From Gnetum montanum (taxonomy: Eukaryota > Plantae > Gnetophyta): a DNA stretch of 64,000 bases. Location: NCBI GenBank assembly GCA_015680685.1, contig MNCI01000693.1, positions 14,756-78,755 of the forward strand, read 5' to 3'. This document shows, piece after piece, positions 27,200 to 41,476 of the stretch (position 1 is the stretch's first letter; every line of letters begins with the position of its first letter). The notes beneath the pieces are model-generated. The model had not been told where the DNA came from, did not search any database, and saw only the letters and a list, made by a program, of their open reading frames with translations. Position numbers and translations under genes: made by a program.

Positions 27200-28037
27200 T
27201 GATGAAGCACTATATAGTCGATGCGTCGACTAGGCCGCGTATACGGGGCCCCGTATACGCGGCCGCGTCAACGCGGCCCTATCAACGCATTCCTCCATGT
27301 GTCGACGTGGCCCCGTTTGCGCAAGGCCTATTTTAGCCTATAAATAAGTGGCCCTCCGCCACACCTAGATACCCTTTCTAGTAGTTGTAGTGAAGCCCTT
27401 GCATTTTGTTTCCGTAGGAGTTAGAATATTTTCCTAGTGCATGCCTGTAGTGTGATGCTTGTAATTGTACGCCACCTTTATTTGAGTGTGACGTACTTGG
27501 ACACGCACATGACCAGAAATAAAGATCGAGATTACTTCATCATTGCAGCATTCACTTAGTGTTAATTGTTTAATTATTATTGTTAATTGTTATTGTTATT
27601 TATTGTTTTCTTAGTTAATATTTCTTTATCATCATTTACTATTCATGTTGTTAAATGTGGAATGAGTATGACTTAATCATGAGCATTTAAGTGTGACTAC
27701 TTGGTAACCTAGTAGCGTACCTAGGATCTACGCTTGGTAATCCCAGTAGTAGCCGTGCACAAGGTCCAAGATGTGTACAGACGATTAATGAACGGATGCT
27801 CATCGCACTTAGGCTAGCTTAGACTCATTTCCTATTACTCATTAGTTTAATCAAGATTATTTTCCATTGTCTTTAGGAGTAGCACTAATTTAGGATCACA
27901 TCATACGCCTCACTCTGGACTAAACCATGCGTGACAAAGCAAATACTAGTCCAGGTGGGAAGACAGNAGTTCAACCGAATCGTGCGTGAACGCTCGTATT
28001 CGTATGGTTGAGTGTAGGGGTACCTCGCCACTCATCA
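27200..28037 (+). repeat. Element A 5' LTR (838 bp)
   Basis: TGATGA...TCATCA, TATAAATA near 27338, matches 31962 onward. Confidence 0.92.
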
Positions 28038-28176
28038 TTGGCACCATTGTCGGGGACGGTGCTAGTTATTTAGATTAGTTACATCATACAAGAGCGCTAT
28101 AACAAAGCCTTGACGATATATCTTTCAAAAAAATAATAGTAATAATTGTAATTAAATCACACACAAATTTACAACC

Positions 28177-30100
28177 ATGTCTCTCCTACAAGACTATAAT
28201 AATGCAAATCTAGTGAGGCAATTCATTGGAGAACCAACAAATATTATAACAATGAAGATTGGAGTACGCAACCCGAGGTGGGGGTTTCTTATAAACATAA
28301 ACGAAGACAACATCGTCCCAATGCACAAAAGCATAACTTACCTGATGACGATGAACCCCTACTGGCCACTACAAGCTTAATGGAAATACAAGAGGCTGTT
28401 CAAATAGCCCGCAGGCATTGTAAAGAAAGTTGTCTACCCGTGCTTGATTTAAACAACTTTCCCAAGTTTTCAGGAGGCTATGATTCAGATCCGCAACCAC
28501 ATTTACAAGCCTTCTATGATGCCTATACATGGAACAATATTGATAATGGGTGGTAAAAACTTAAGCTCTTTCCTCTGACACTCATTGGCCAAGCAAAAGT
28601 ATGGTATAGGTCATTAAAACCAAAATCAATTCGACGTTGGCCGACAATGGTAGAACTTTCAAATAAAAGATATCAAACCTATGTGAGAGTGTCAGCCTTG
28701 AGGAGACAAATCCAAGAATGAAAACAAGCACAACATGAACCCTTGGACATGGCCTTAGAAAGATATTATGCACTGTTAAACAACTGCCCAAGCCATGGGT
28801 TCTCCAAGGAAAGGCTAATGTACCATATCATAGATGGGCTCCGTAATGAAATAAGGGAGACCCTAGGGATGTACATCCAAGGTCAACTATATGAGCTACG
28901 AACCCATCAATTCCAAGAGCTTATTAAGCGGATAGCAAAAGAAGAAGGAGAAATAGCCAAATGGGAGAATGTTGAAAGTTCTCAACAGGACCAAAATCTC
29001 AACTTAACAAGGGTCCATGATCATGAAGAGGAGAAATCCACTCACTTCAAGGAGGTGGAATCATCTTTGCCAATCCTACAATCACTAGATGAAATTGAGG
29101 CAAAGATTAATAAGATGATGTACTAAGTATATGAAAGATGTGGAGAATATGCCAACATTGTTAGAGGATGAACTATGCCAAATCAAGAAACAAGATAGGA
29201 CACCACGTGACAATCAGAAAGAAGGGTTGAAGAGAATAAGGATAAGAACTCAACTTCCAATCATATGTATCAATGTAATATTTGCTTGTACGATTACCCC
29301 AAAGGTCAATGTCCAATCTTGTCACATTTACATGAGCATTGGGGAGGAATGTTACATCTAGAGTTCATACAAAAATATTGTGTCCAACCACAGTGGCAAA
29401 AACCTCAGTCATGGGGGAGGCCACCGCCAACTGGACCATACCCTTTGTATGTCCCAGCACCAAATGCTTATTATGTTCAACACCCTGTTTCTCCAACAAG
29501 ATCAACATCCTCTACCTCACCTCATTGTTATCATTCTCCTGAGTACTATCCACCCATGTTCTCTCCAACAAGATCACCACCTCATGTGCCTTATACTTCT
29601 CCTCAACCTCAATATTCTCGTACTTCACCCCCTTCTACATCATCGCCAACTATGCTAGAAGATTTTGCACCACAACACCAACCTGCAAACGTTACTTGTG
29701 CTTCTACTGTTAATAGCAGTGGAGGTCCTTCACAACATTGAAGGCATCCCTTCTTTAGACGTGACCATCGAAGGGGACCCCATAGTTCAGAAACCACTGC
29801 ATCCGCCAACTCAACACAAATCCAACACTATGGGGCATCTTCCTATTTGAACCCAATGCCTCATGTTACTCTATCTAGGCCACCAATCAACACTCCAACC
29901 ACCATGGGGACCAATGAATATTGCCACATGGGGAGACATGTTGATCCTTGCATACCATCTCACGGTCACAAGTACCATAATCGGTCAACTCCTTATAAAT
30001 TAACCACATCTTATAACTTGCCCCACTGTGTCAACTCTAATCAAGTGTGTGAACCCCAATGGGGTAAGTATGATCGGGTCCCAGTATCTTCAACATGTAA
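28177..30100 (+). pseudogene. Element A gag (retrotransposon gag core, knuckle, Pro-rich tail), disrupted
   Basis: FPKFSGGYDSDPQPHLQAF, RYYALLNNCPSHGF, CNICLYDYPKGQCP. Confidence 0.85.
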
Positions 30101-31358
30101 GGATCCCCACCTTCCATTATTAATTCTAGCCATGCTCAACCGTTTAGTTATGAGGGGTATCCTCCATTCTAACAACATAGAATTAATAAATTTTTTTCTG
30201 TTTCTTTAATTTTTCAACTTTTTGTTTTCCAGTTTTTTACCCTTTTAATTTATTGTTTTATCTTTTTGTCTTTTTATCTTTTTATGAGTAATATCATCCA
30301 TGAATAAAACACTCATGTGGCTCGTTGGTTGAGGTGTTATTCTATGCTATCAAGTCTCAGGTGACTAATTATTTGAATAGTGATCCCATCACATCCACCC
30401 AACCATTCTATTAATAAGAGGTTCTCCTCTAGGAACGATGATATTCTTGACATCATTAAAACTTAAAGTAATTTTGTGCTCATTATGCCCAGAGCAAAGA
30501 AGGATGGACTAAGGGGGAATGGCTAGGGTGTGACATCAAGGGAACTTGTGGATTCTCTGTGGTGACATCTGTAGGTGCTACCATGCAGCTTGGTTGTACT
30601 AAGATCCTTGTAGATCTAATGAAAAATGGGAGTAAGAGTATTAAAGNNNNNNNNNNNNNNNNNNNNNNNNNNNNNNNNNNNNNNNNNNNNNNNNNNNNNN
30701 NNNNNNNNNNNNNNNNNNNNNNNNNNNNNNNNNNNNNNNNNNNNNNNNNNNNNNNNNNNNNNNNNNNNNNNNNNNNNNNNNNNNNNNNNNNNNNNNNNNN
30801 NNNNNNNNNNNNNNNNNNNNNNNNNNNNNNNNNNNNNNNNNNNNNNNNNNNNNNNNNNNNNNNNNNNNNNNNNNNNNNNNNNNNNNNNNNNNNNNNNNNN
30901 NNNNNNNNNNNNNNNNNNNNNNNNNNNNNNNNNNNNNNNNNNNNNNNNNNNNNNNNNNNNNNNNNNNNNNNNNNNNNNATAGATTACATTTAACCCTTCT
31001 AGTGCCTACGAACATCTTAAGGTGTGGTTATGCAAGGGCATATAGGTTGGAACCTACTTTGGGGAGGATCCACTTACGTGACTTTTGTAATTTGTACTTG
31101 TTGCACACCACCACATCATCTTATATCCTTCGAGTACTTCATTGCCAAATCTATTCTTTTCTTTGTCATCATTTTATCAAACGTTCCTCAAAACCAAGTC
31201 TGATATTAATCTTTTAGGGCAACTTCCTTGAGAAATTTCTAACTCTAAAATCACACTAAGTAAAGAATGAAACATTTATTAAAGGCAATGATTAAGGTAT
31301 GAAATCATTGAACTTTTTTTAATAACCTTACTAAAAATTGATCCTTGTGTGATTATAG

Positions 31359-31800
31359 ATGGCCCCTAAAAGAAGACAAGAAGGAGGACCTTCTCAAGGT
31401 GCAACCGAACGACCTGGGGGAGGTAGAGGCCAAGGACCTCATGTAGATTAGGAGGCGCAATCATTCAGCATCCATCAGGGACCTCTTATCGCTACACAAG
31501 CTGGCCAAGAAAAAGGTGGAGAGGTTGGGGTCCAAGCCTATGAAGAGGAACGACGGCTATCTACGACAGTGCCATGTCAAGGCCAATCAAGTATTCCCGT
31601 AGCTGCCATATCCATGGAAAGTGCCGACTCCATCAAACATTGGAACATCAGTATGGATGGCTCATAATCCGCGGATGGAAGAAAAAGAAATGTCAAGCAC
31701 TTCTTCAATGGTATCAATCTTAGAAGCTTGGCACACAAAACAAAGGAAAGGCACCCATGGAGGAGCCACCACTACCGGGAACCCCATGAGCTCCACAAAT
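31359..31800 (+). pseudogene. Internally deleted version of the family's 3' extra ORF
   Basis: MAPKRRQE start, plus C-terminal FP*LPYPWKVPTPSNIGTSVWMAHNP matching element D. Confidence 0.7.
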
Positions 31801-33299
31801 TTTGTCATTTTGTGTCTATGTCCCAATTTTGTCATATCCACTACGGCATGAATAAATTTCTAGCTAGTCAATAAACCCATACCTATCCACTATGTATTCA
31901 ATTGAACTTGTTCCTCACTTTCTTTTACTCGAGGATGAGTTTTTACTCAATCGTGGGGGTATGATGAAGCACTATATAGTCGATGTGTTGACTAGGCCAC
32001 GTATATGGGGCCCCGTATACGAGGCCTCGTCAACGTGGCCCCATCGACGCATCCCTCCATGCGTCGACGTGGCCCAGTTTACGCAAGGCCTATTTTAGCC
32101 TATAAATAAGTGGCCCTCCGCCACACCTAGGTACCCCTTTCTAGTAGTTGTAGTGAAGCCCTTGCATTTTGTTTTCATAGGAGTTAGAATATTTTCCCAG
32201 TGCATGCTCGCAGTGTGATGCTTGTAATTGCACGACACCTTTATTCAAGTGTGACGTACTTGGACGTGCACATGACCGAAAATAAAGATCGAGATTACTT
32301 CATCATTGCAACATTCACTTAGTTTTAATTGTTTAATTATTATTGTTAATTGTTATTGTTATTTATTATTTTCTTAGTTAATATTTCTTTATCATCATTT
32401 ACTATTCCTGTTGTTAAATGCNNNNNNNNNNNNNNNNNNNNNNNNNNNNNNNNNNNNNNNNNNNNNNNNNNNNNNNNNNNNNNNNNNNNNNNNNNNNNNN
32501 NNNNNNNNNNNNNNNNNNNNNNNNNNNNNNNNNNNNNNNNNNNNNNGGGTACCTCGCCACTCATCACTAAGTATTTACTATTGGGTGTACCAAGTACTCA
32601 TTATTGGTATTATCAGGTGTTAGTATATTATGCTTGAAGTGGTTGTACTCACATTACTTATAGAATCAGAATATTAAGTGCTTAATTACGAGAAAGTAAT
32701 TTGCATATAAAGTAATATGTTTGAAAGTAAACTTAAGCTCCAGGTGTTGCAATGGAGAGAAGAAATTTTTTTATTTCTATTCATGCAACTATGTCTAGGT
32801 ATATATTGCACTTGAATAAAATTCCATACAATCAGCTCAATCCATGCTATGAGGACTCAAAGGAAAATTTTGTTAAGTCCTATGAAAGAAAACTACAAGA
32901 GTTTGGCTAAGGGAATAAACAAAGGTGCCATAAATATAGTTGGTGTGTGCACTTATATAGGCTTTAGCAAGATCAGCATCGACACACATGCACTAACACA
33001 TCATGGGATGCATTAAGGGGGCTACATTGATAGTTATGTGTCAATGCAGCTAACTTATTGATGCTTCATCATGCCCCCACAACTGACTAAAAACTCATCC
33101 TTGAGTGAATAGAATAGAATTTAGTTTCTTATAAAATTTGGGGAAGTATGGAATTGACTGACTAACTTTAACAATAAAAAGAACTCTTGAGTATCATTTA
33201 ACTCATCATTTGCATGGATATGAAATTAGTATAATTTATAAAGAATTTGGATATTTTAACAAAAAATTGGTATGTGCTTGTTGGATGGATGGAGATATG

Positions 33300-36120
33300 A
33301 TGAAGTTTTCACATCGTGCTTAGAAGTGGAGGCTCCTATGGCATGGAGGATCCTTCATCACATCCTTGCTCTACAGGAGGTCTAGGCTACCCTGCTATTG
33401 CCACTGAAAGTTAAAAGGCACCCATAAGTATCTTAATCTTTTCCTCCTTACCCCATGGATCATGAATGGTCTAGGATGCTTTGCCTAGATGAGTTGGTGC
33501 TAGAATATTCTACAAGCACAGCAGCATGGGGAACATTTTCTTTATATTGAAAAACTAGGCTGTGAATTACTTATGTTTGATGTTAAATGTATAGACAAGG
33601 TTTTGCTACTCTTGGTAGTCACTTATTCTTCTAGCCAAGTTCTTAGTGATAGATCTTTAATTAATGAATTTGCTTATGAGAACCTCAAGCTCCATGTTGG
33701 CCACTGCCAACTTTTGTTTAATCTTTTTTTGAAGTTTGAACTCTACCTCATAAAGGAGGTAAGAGCTTATCACTTGCTTTTATAGCTCTGATATGGATGT
33801 TCCCACTACCAACATTGCCAAGTTTGCATATTAGAGGTTGGCAAGTTTCATGTATTCAATCATCTCCTTGATCTACAACTCCTTTAGGAAGATCTCCACT
33901 TGGTTGTATGCATTAAGGCTATCAAAGATGAGCTACCATACATAACCTCTTTGTTGGAGTTGTTGGAAGGCTTCGTTCATGTTCATCTTAGCCAACTTGA
34001 TTTCTTTTTCATTGACTTCCTTAAGCATCTTGACCTGGTCCCTATAGTGATTTTTAATTCATTCATATTTTAGAGCCTTATTCTTCTAGGTGGTAACATT
34101 AATTGTAGTCTTTTGGTGAAGGAAACGAACCTTCTCCATTAAGAGATTTCTATTTTCTTCAACCAACCTCCTTAAGTATAGAATCACCTTAGCAAGTTGT
34201 TCCTATTGTTGATGAATGTATTCAACCATCTAGTCCTTCTACTACTCAACATTTCATAGGTGATTATTATCTTCAGTTAGTTTTAGATTCTCCTTGTCAA
34301 TGTCATGGAGGTCATAGTTGGAGGACTTCATCCTTGCCTCTATTAATGATGCATTAAAAATCACCATCTCTTTGGCATTCTTAGCCTCTTCATATTTTTA
34401 TTGAAGTAGTTGACAAGCTTCATCTCTGATGAGTTATGGTCTAAGAATGGTAGTATTTGACAAGTAGGCTCTAAGTTCTACAACCTTGGTTACCAACCAT
34501 TGATTCATAATAGTGGCCTCCATGAGTTGTGCGTTCATGATCAAGAGCCTGTCCCTTGTCTCTTACAACTATGAATGGGTCTAAAATGTCTTCTAGGAGA
34601 TCAAAGATCTTTGGAATCGATTTTCCAACTTGCACTAATTGATCCAACACTTCTTTGTGGTGGGATGCATTCATCCTTCTACTCCTTACTCTTTTTGATA
34701 TTTGTACATCTACCATGATAGCAACATCAAGGATAAATGTTGCAAGAGCTCTTAGACCTTTTCCAATGTGATCTGCCACCATCCCTACTACTATCTCTTG
34801 GTCCTTATGTGGTAAAACTAGGACCATCGCTCTCTCATCTTCTTCTAACATTACAGAGAAGGTTGTTGCATTCTTAGAAATTTTAGGAAAATCTTGTCTT
34901 GATATGGACACAATGACATCTCTATCATTAGGATTGGAATGAATGGGTGTTTATTTGTGAAGAGGATAGTCGTGTCATCTCATTTTCTAGCTAGTTGATG
35001 GTCCTTGTGATCTCATTTAGATGGCTCATGTCTAACATATATACCAAAGATTCTCCACCACCTCCTAAGGCTTCTTGTTGTTACAACTACTACTCTCTAA
35101 GTTTCCTTAGATATTTTGCAACTACTAGCATTTTGGGTGTTTTGTTTGGTGCTGTAGGTGATGGTGGTGGTGGTTGCTCCTCCTCTTAAAGCTTGGAAGG
35201 TGCTTTATCTTTCATCATTTTTTGCCATAATGCAATAGGAGCCCTGCAAACCACATAATTAGAGTAGTGGGCTATCCCTACCCTTTTATAAAGTTTTTTG
35301 ATGAGGCATGGAAAAGGGGGTGCTTCCTACCCTTCTTATTCTTCTTAAAATGATTTTTATTTCAAGGAAGATGAGCTATGATATATTGAATAGAAAGTTT
35401 TTACTTAGAGCCACACATGCCTTGGTGGAGAAGGCAATTACCTTGCTTGACCTCATCATTGAATAGGTGATAAACCACAATCTTGATATATGCTTGCTTT
35501 GCCTTGGTGAGGGCACCGTAATCCTTATAGTCCACTTCAAAGCACCATTGAACCCACTCTTTCCTAGCTTTTGGATTTGCCTAAGTAGACATCTTTACCA
35601 GTTTTGTCTTTGCTATTGCTTCAACCAAGTAAGAGATGGTGATGTCTTTGATTTTAATAGTGGCATTTCCTTAACAGTTGTTCCAGAAGAGATATGTTTT
35701 TCCCATGTATCATTTTCCACTATTGGAGAGAATGGACCATAGTGGAGATTCTTGGAGTTGCATTTTGACCTCTTCTAGTGCAAACTCTAAGAAAAATCCA
35801 AAATTTAGTTCATGAAGGATGAAGCTCTAAATTTCTTTGGTGCAGACCTTCTCTAGGCAAGCCTCTATGAGTGTGATCTCTAGATTGGATCTTAGTCTTA
35901 GAACCTCATCTTGCCTAGATTATTTTGTTTCTATTGTGGGAATCTAATGGATAAATCCCACCCTAGGCTCCTTGTGAAAGGGTCCAATAGCATGGATAGC
36001 CTCAGTTGCTTGCTCTTGGGGCTATTGTTGCAATTGTTATTATTAGCCCTTTCTACCATATCGTCATTTTCCCCTGGGCTATGATGGCTCTCCTACCTAT
36101 AGTCCTCACTTAGGTGCCAT
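33300..36120 (-). pseudogene. 3' extra (env-position) ORF of B/C, disrupted
   Basis: ATGGCACCTAAG start at 36120. Colinear with D 56234-59070. Confidence 0.8.
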
Positions 36121-36658
36121 TTGCGATCATAAACATAACCCAAGATTAGTTTCTTAAACATAATCTTTGTTTTATTTGGATACCTTTCTTTATTAGAATG
36201 GGTTATGTTTAATGGTCAAATGTTGAAATTTCATCGTTAAGTCCTTATTTAGTGACTGAAGACATATGATATTATTTTATTCATGCTTTAATTAAGGTTG
36301 GTTGATTATATTAACATCCATGATCATTAATTTAATCTTATTTTAGTATCTTGTTCATGGGAAGTTAGAAATTTTTTTGTGAAAACCCAGTGTTTGATGC
36401 CCTCATGACATAAAGCATACCTCCAGTAGCTCAAGGATTCAAGAATAAGTGCAAATAGGTAAATGATTGAGAAGTTATGGATCTTGGAAGACTCTAAGCT
36501 TTGAAAAATTGAAAAAAACTCCTCATGCATTTGGAAGGGAATATTAAAAATGAGCTAAGTGTTCCATGTATTTATAGGATTTCTATGCCATGTTGATGGG
36601 AATGCATTAACGAGGCTATGTCAGCTAATTTGATTGCATCAATGGGGATGTGTCAATN

Positions 36659-39600
36659 GAATGTTGTCTTGGTCTGGTCTTCTGGTGCAATTTGGATTTG
36701 GTTATAGCCACTATAACGATCCAAGAAACTATAATAACAATGCCTGGATATGATGTCTAACATTTGATCTAAAAGTGGCAAAGGAAAATGGTCTTTAAAT
36801 GTTTCCATATTCAATAGCCTGAAGTTGATGCAAACCCACAATTTTCCATCCTTCTTTGGTACAATTATGAGTGGACTAACCCACTCACTATCCACAATTG
36901 GATAGATGAACCCTACCTTGAGGAGTTGCTCTATTTCCTCCTTGACAATTTTCTTTAATTTGGTGTTCAACCACCTCTACAGCTACCTTCTAGGCTTCAT
37001 GGTCAGGTCAGTATAGATGTGATGTTGGCATATCCTTGGATCAATTCTTGTTAGCTCTGGATATGACCAAGCAAAGGTTGTTGACCATTTGTTCATCACT
37101 TTCAACAACTTTTATTTTTGTTCAAGAACAAGTTTGACATTAATTATGACCAGTTTACCATTCTTTAAAAATGCATACTCCATATCAGCTAGTAAAGTTT
37201 TTAGTTGTAAGGGCTCTTGCTTGAAGTGATTAGGGATTTCCAACTCTCCCCAATAGGTATCATTATCTTGATTAGAGAGTTGGAAATGAACTTGTTCAAT
37301 TTTGTCCATGCCTTCCACATATGCACATGTTAGGCACTTAGTTGGCTCCATGCATATTGTGCTATTATCTGAATCAACTATCATCCATTAGGTGCCCTCC
37401 TGCTTTGTGGCTGCTACATACAAACACCTTTGAATGTTAATTTCTTGTGCACATTGATTACATGCCTTAATGTATGTACGCTTGATTGACCAAATCTTTT
37501 ACACGCAATTGCACCTGTTATCACTGTATGCAATGCATGGAATACGCTTCTTCTCAATTTTTCCTAGCTTATTTTCCTTAGATATTTCTAAAGATAGGCC
37601 CCTTATGCCCATTCTTATGTCAACTATGCTTAACCAAGCTCTTCCCATGATGATGGGGAAGTCATTTTTGCAGTTGTCCATCTTGATTACCAGAAAATCA
37701 GCAGGATAGAACCACCCACAAATTGTGGTCACAATGTCCTGTACTAATCCTAAAGGAATAGTAATTGACTGATTTGTTAATTCTAGATGAATGTTGCTAT
37801 TCTTAAGAGGTGGTAGGTTATAGGCCTTGTACATGTCATGGGAGATGATATTAACTCTAGAACTAGAGTCAAGAAGAGCCTTGCATGGCTCTTGTCCAGC
37901 AATTTGTAGATAAATAAGTGGACTTTTTAGAGCATATCTTTTTGTTGGAAGATTGCTAGCCTTGATCTAGTTAGAAACAACATGAGTCAACATTATAGTG
38001 CAGATCCTAGTTAACACTTGGTTTGAAGGGCACTCAAAGGTATTTGATGCAGAGGATGAGGGTGTAGGAGATGTAGGGTGATCAATCGAACTAGATTGTG
38101 ATGGTTGAAGAGGATTGCTGGGTTGGAAGAAAGGTCTTTTCCTTGATTGATTATCTAGACCACTTGGTTGAAAAACCACTTTGGAGTGTACAACCCACAC
38201 AACATTTTGTTGTTCTAGCTATGGAGGAATCTCACCTTGCATGCATGGAGCAGGAGGTAACTGGGTTGAAGGTGGAGATGTATGTGCAAAGGGATGCAGA
38301 GGATGGTATGGATATGGATATGGGTTTTCCCCTCGAGTAGTTGGAGAATGTGCTTGGTGGTACTCTTGAGGGTAATAGTTATGTTGGATTGATGTATGAC
38401 TTGCAAAACTTCTAAGGGAGATAGGTTGTTGAACATAGTACCCATATGGATTTGGTTGCCTATAAGGATACTACTACCTTGGTGGTGGAATTCCCCACAA
38501 TTGTGGTTGATACCACTATTGGTATTATTCATAAGGTTATTCATAAGGTTGTGGAGGAGTTCCACTTGGGTACTAAGCTTATTGTTGTTGGTGGAATTGT
38601 CTCAGATTGCCTTGAGGGTAAGGTAATAATATTGGAGCTTGCCTATGTGCTAGGCAAGGATTTAATGCATACACTCTAGATTCTTGTAAGTGTGACACTA
38701 TAGGGCAACATCCCTTTGGATGTTCGTATTGGCAAATGTCACATTCAGTTTCATCATCAAAGTTAGACTCCACAACTTCCTTTACTACAGGAACTTTGCC
38801 CTTACCTCTTTGGTAGGTACGTTCAGCTTCTTTTCACCTCCTATGATTATGATCACTATTGGCTCTATGGATTCTTTAGCAATCTTTAACATAGTTTGAA
38901 ATTTTTCATCCAAAGAGTCCCATAACTTGTCAACCTTGGCCAAAATATCAAAAATGGATTTTTGGATGGGCAAGGTTTGTCTGTTCACCACTTCATCAAG
39001 TGGTGACTCCTCCTTGTCACAAAATTGAACCTCTCATTTCTAATGGATGGGTCTTTATTATAATCTTCAACACTTTCCCTTTTCTGTAGCTCACTTCTTT
39101 TTTTTCTACCTACTCAATTAGCCTTTGGATATGATGAGATCTCAATTCAAACAATCTTACTTAGGCATACACCCCAAGGGTTCTTCTTATTTCTACTTTG
39201 AGCCCATCTATGATGTGGCGAAGCTGTTCCCTCTGAGAATAACCATGACCAAGGCATCAATGTAGTAGTGAATAGTAGTGGCCCATGGTGGCATCCAAGG
39301 GTTCATGTACTCCCTATTTCTAGACTTGAATTTTTCCTTCTCAATTTAGACACTCTGGAGTATGTTTGGTATTTATCATTGAACAGCTCTAACATAGTAG
39401 TCCATCTGTGAATAGATATTGGCTCTAAGGACTGGTATCGACTTTCAACTTCCTTAATGAGTGTCCTTGGGAAAAGCTTAAGTTTCTACCACTCATTCTC
39501 TATGTTCTGTAATGTGCAAGCATCATGAAAAGCTTGTAGATGTGTTTGCGGATCAGAATTGTATCCTCCCTCAAATCTTGGAATATTATTCATGTCTAGG

Positions 39601-41476
39601 TGCTTGATCCGACTATCCTTCATATGCCTAGTTCAAATTTTAACTACCTTTGCAATGTTGAGCATACTTCTAGTTGTCAATAAAGGTTCATCATCATTGC
39701 TGCATTGATGACACTGATGATGGTTTCGGCCACCCCTTCGGTTTTGGTGGCCTTCATGATCATGGTTATTTCAATGATCACCTTCATCATGGTTTTCTAA
39801 CAATGGCTTCCATCAGAACTGTTAGATGAAGAAGAATGTTTGGAATTAGATGAAGAGGATGAAGAGAAAGGTGGACCACCACTATCACCATAGTGATCAC
39901 CACCACTCTTACACTTATTATGATCATCATCCTTAGATCCCTTGCTATTGTGATGCTTACCCAAGTCCCTACCTTGGCTATCACTCTTTCCTAAATCCAA
40001 TTTATAAATAGTGGATTGCAGGGTCAAGTTCACACCCTTGTCATCTATAACAAAGGGTGGAGAATCTTCATGTTGAGAACCTTTAATAGGAGGATCCTTA
40101 ATGTCATCTTGATTTAGTAGGAACAAAGGATTAGTGTAATGTTTTCCCTTTGTAGCTAAATGGAGTTTCTCCTTATGTTGATCTCATTTGTGTTATGTTT
40201 CAATGGGATAGTAGTTTCGAGTGTCATATCCATCCACAACATATTCCCAACTTCTTAAGGGTCTTGAATAGCATCCCAAGCATAGATCTATCGGGGGGCA
40301 AGACAACGTTGCCCTCCATATCATGCCATCACAACTATTCATCCTGATGTAGGATAAAGGTGAAGTTCGTCACAAACTCATCTGGATGAGTGTATACCAC
40401 CTTGCATTCTTGTGGGACCGAAGAAGAAGACAAACTCATCTTTCTACTTGTGAGAAGAAGAAGACATTTTGCAAAACAAGATAAAATTATCAATGTGCTT
40501 TTATAATTTATATATAGTGGAAGTGATATTGACCTTTAGGTTCATACAACGATATTAATGGTATTCACTTAAACCTAAATAGTGCATGTTCCACAAAAAA
40601 AGTCCCTGGCAACGACGCCAATGAGGAGTGGCAAGGTACCCCTACGTCCAACCATACGAATCATAAAGTGTTCATGCGCAATCTAGTCAAATTTTGTGGA
40701 CTTTATCATTTCCAGTGCACTAGTCCTTTAGGAAGTGAATCTAGTCCTAAGGTCAATTGTTGTCTTCCCAATTACACTAAGGCATCCGATTTTTATCATT
40801 TTTTGTTTTTTAGTTTGATGCTCAAAATATAGATAAAAGGAATTGGATTAACTAAACTAAATTAATTAATTAACTAGCATCTAACTAATCCTAACATAAG
40901 CATCTGATCCCACTTTTCGTACATGTCTTGAACCCACATATCCATTGCTGGGCGACCAAGCGCTACACTACTAGGCATACCAAGCAATAACACTGCTAGG
41001 ATTACCAAGTGCATATGTATCATGCTCCAAGTGGTCATACTTATGTATGTACTCTATCTGGCCTAATTGCTTCATTAACATAATAACTAGAAAATAATTA
41101 ATAACTAATTAAAAGCATTTAATAAATAATTGAAAGCATTAAATGCATAAATGAAATAGCTAATTTATCTAGAGTGTTGCAAGGTTTATTAGAAAGCTCA
41201 TCTTTATTGCTGCACACATTGTCATGCTTAGGTACAACAATGCTTGAATAAAGATCTATACACTTAATGACTCCTACTGCAAGCACTCAGGGAAAAATTC
41301 TACTGACCATAAATGTCGCTGCAAGCACATATTTATAGCTGAATATAGGTACTACATCGACAGGGCCATGTCAACGTATGATATGGTGCATCAACTAGGC
41401 CTCGTCGACGAGGCCTAGATGACGAGGTTGCATCAATGAGGTTTTGTCGAGACAACTAACAAAACGTGACTCATCA
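36659..41476 (-). mobile_element. Athila-like element C: 5' LTR, gag, PR and start of RT; truncated at N 36658
   Basis: LTR 40622-41476; PBS TTGGCGTCGTTGCCAGGGA; CDICQYEHPKGCCP; ALLDSSS; WVSPLIIVPKKDGK...KDHFPLP...YSGYNQI. Confidence 0.85.

Larger units (their letters stand above)
27200..32566 (+). mobile_element. Non-autonomous Athila-like element A (no pol)
   Basis: TSD CTAAG at 27195-27199 and 32567-32571. LTRs 27200-28037 and 31962-32566 (gapped). PBS TTGGCACCATTGTCGGGGA. Contains a gag remnant and a mini 3' ORF only. Confidence 0.92.

Noticed and set aside
31962-32566. Element A 3' LTR looks ~230 bp shorter than the 5' LTR
   Set aside because: The difference falls inside an N gap of estimated size.
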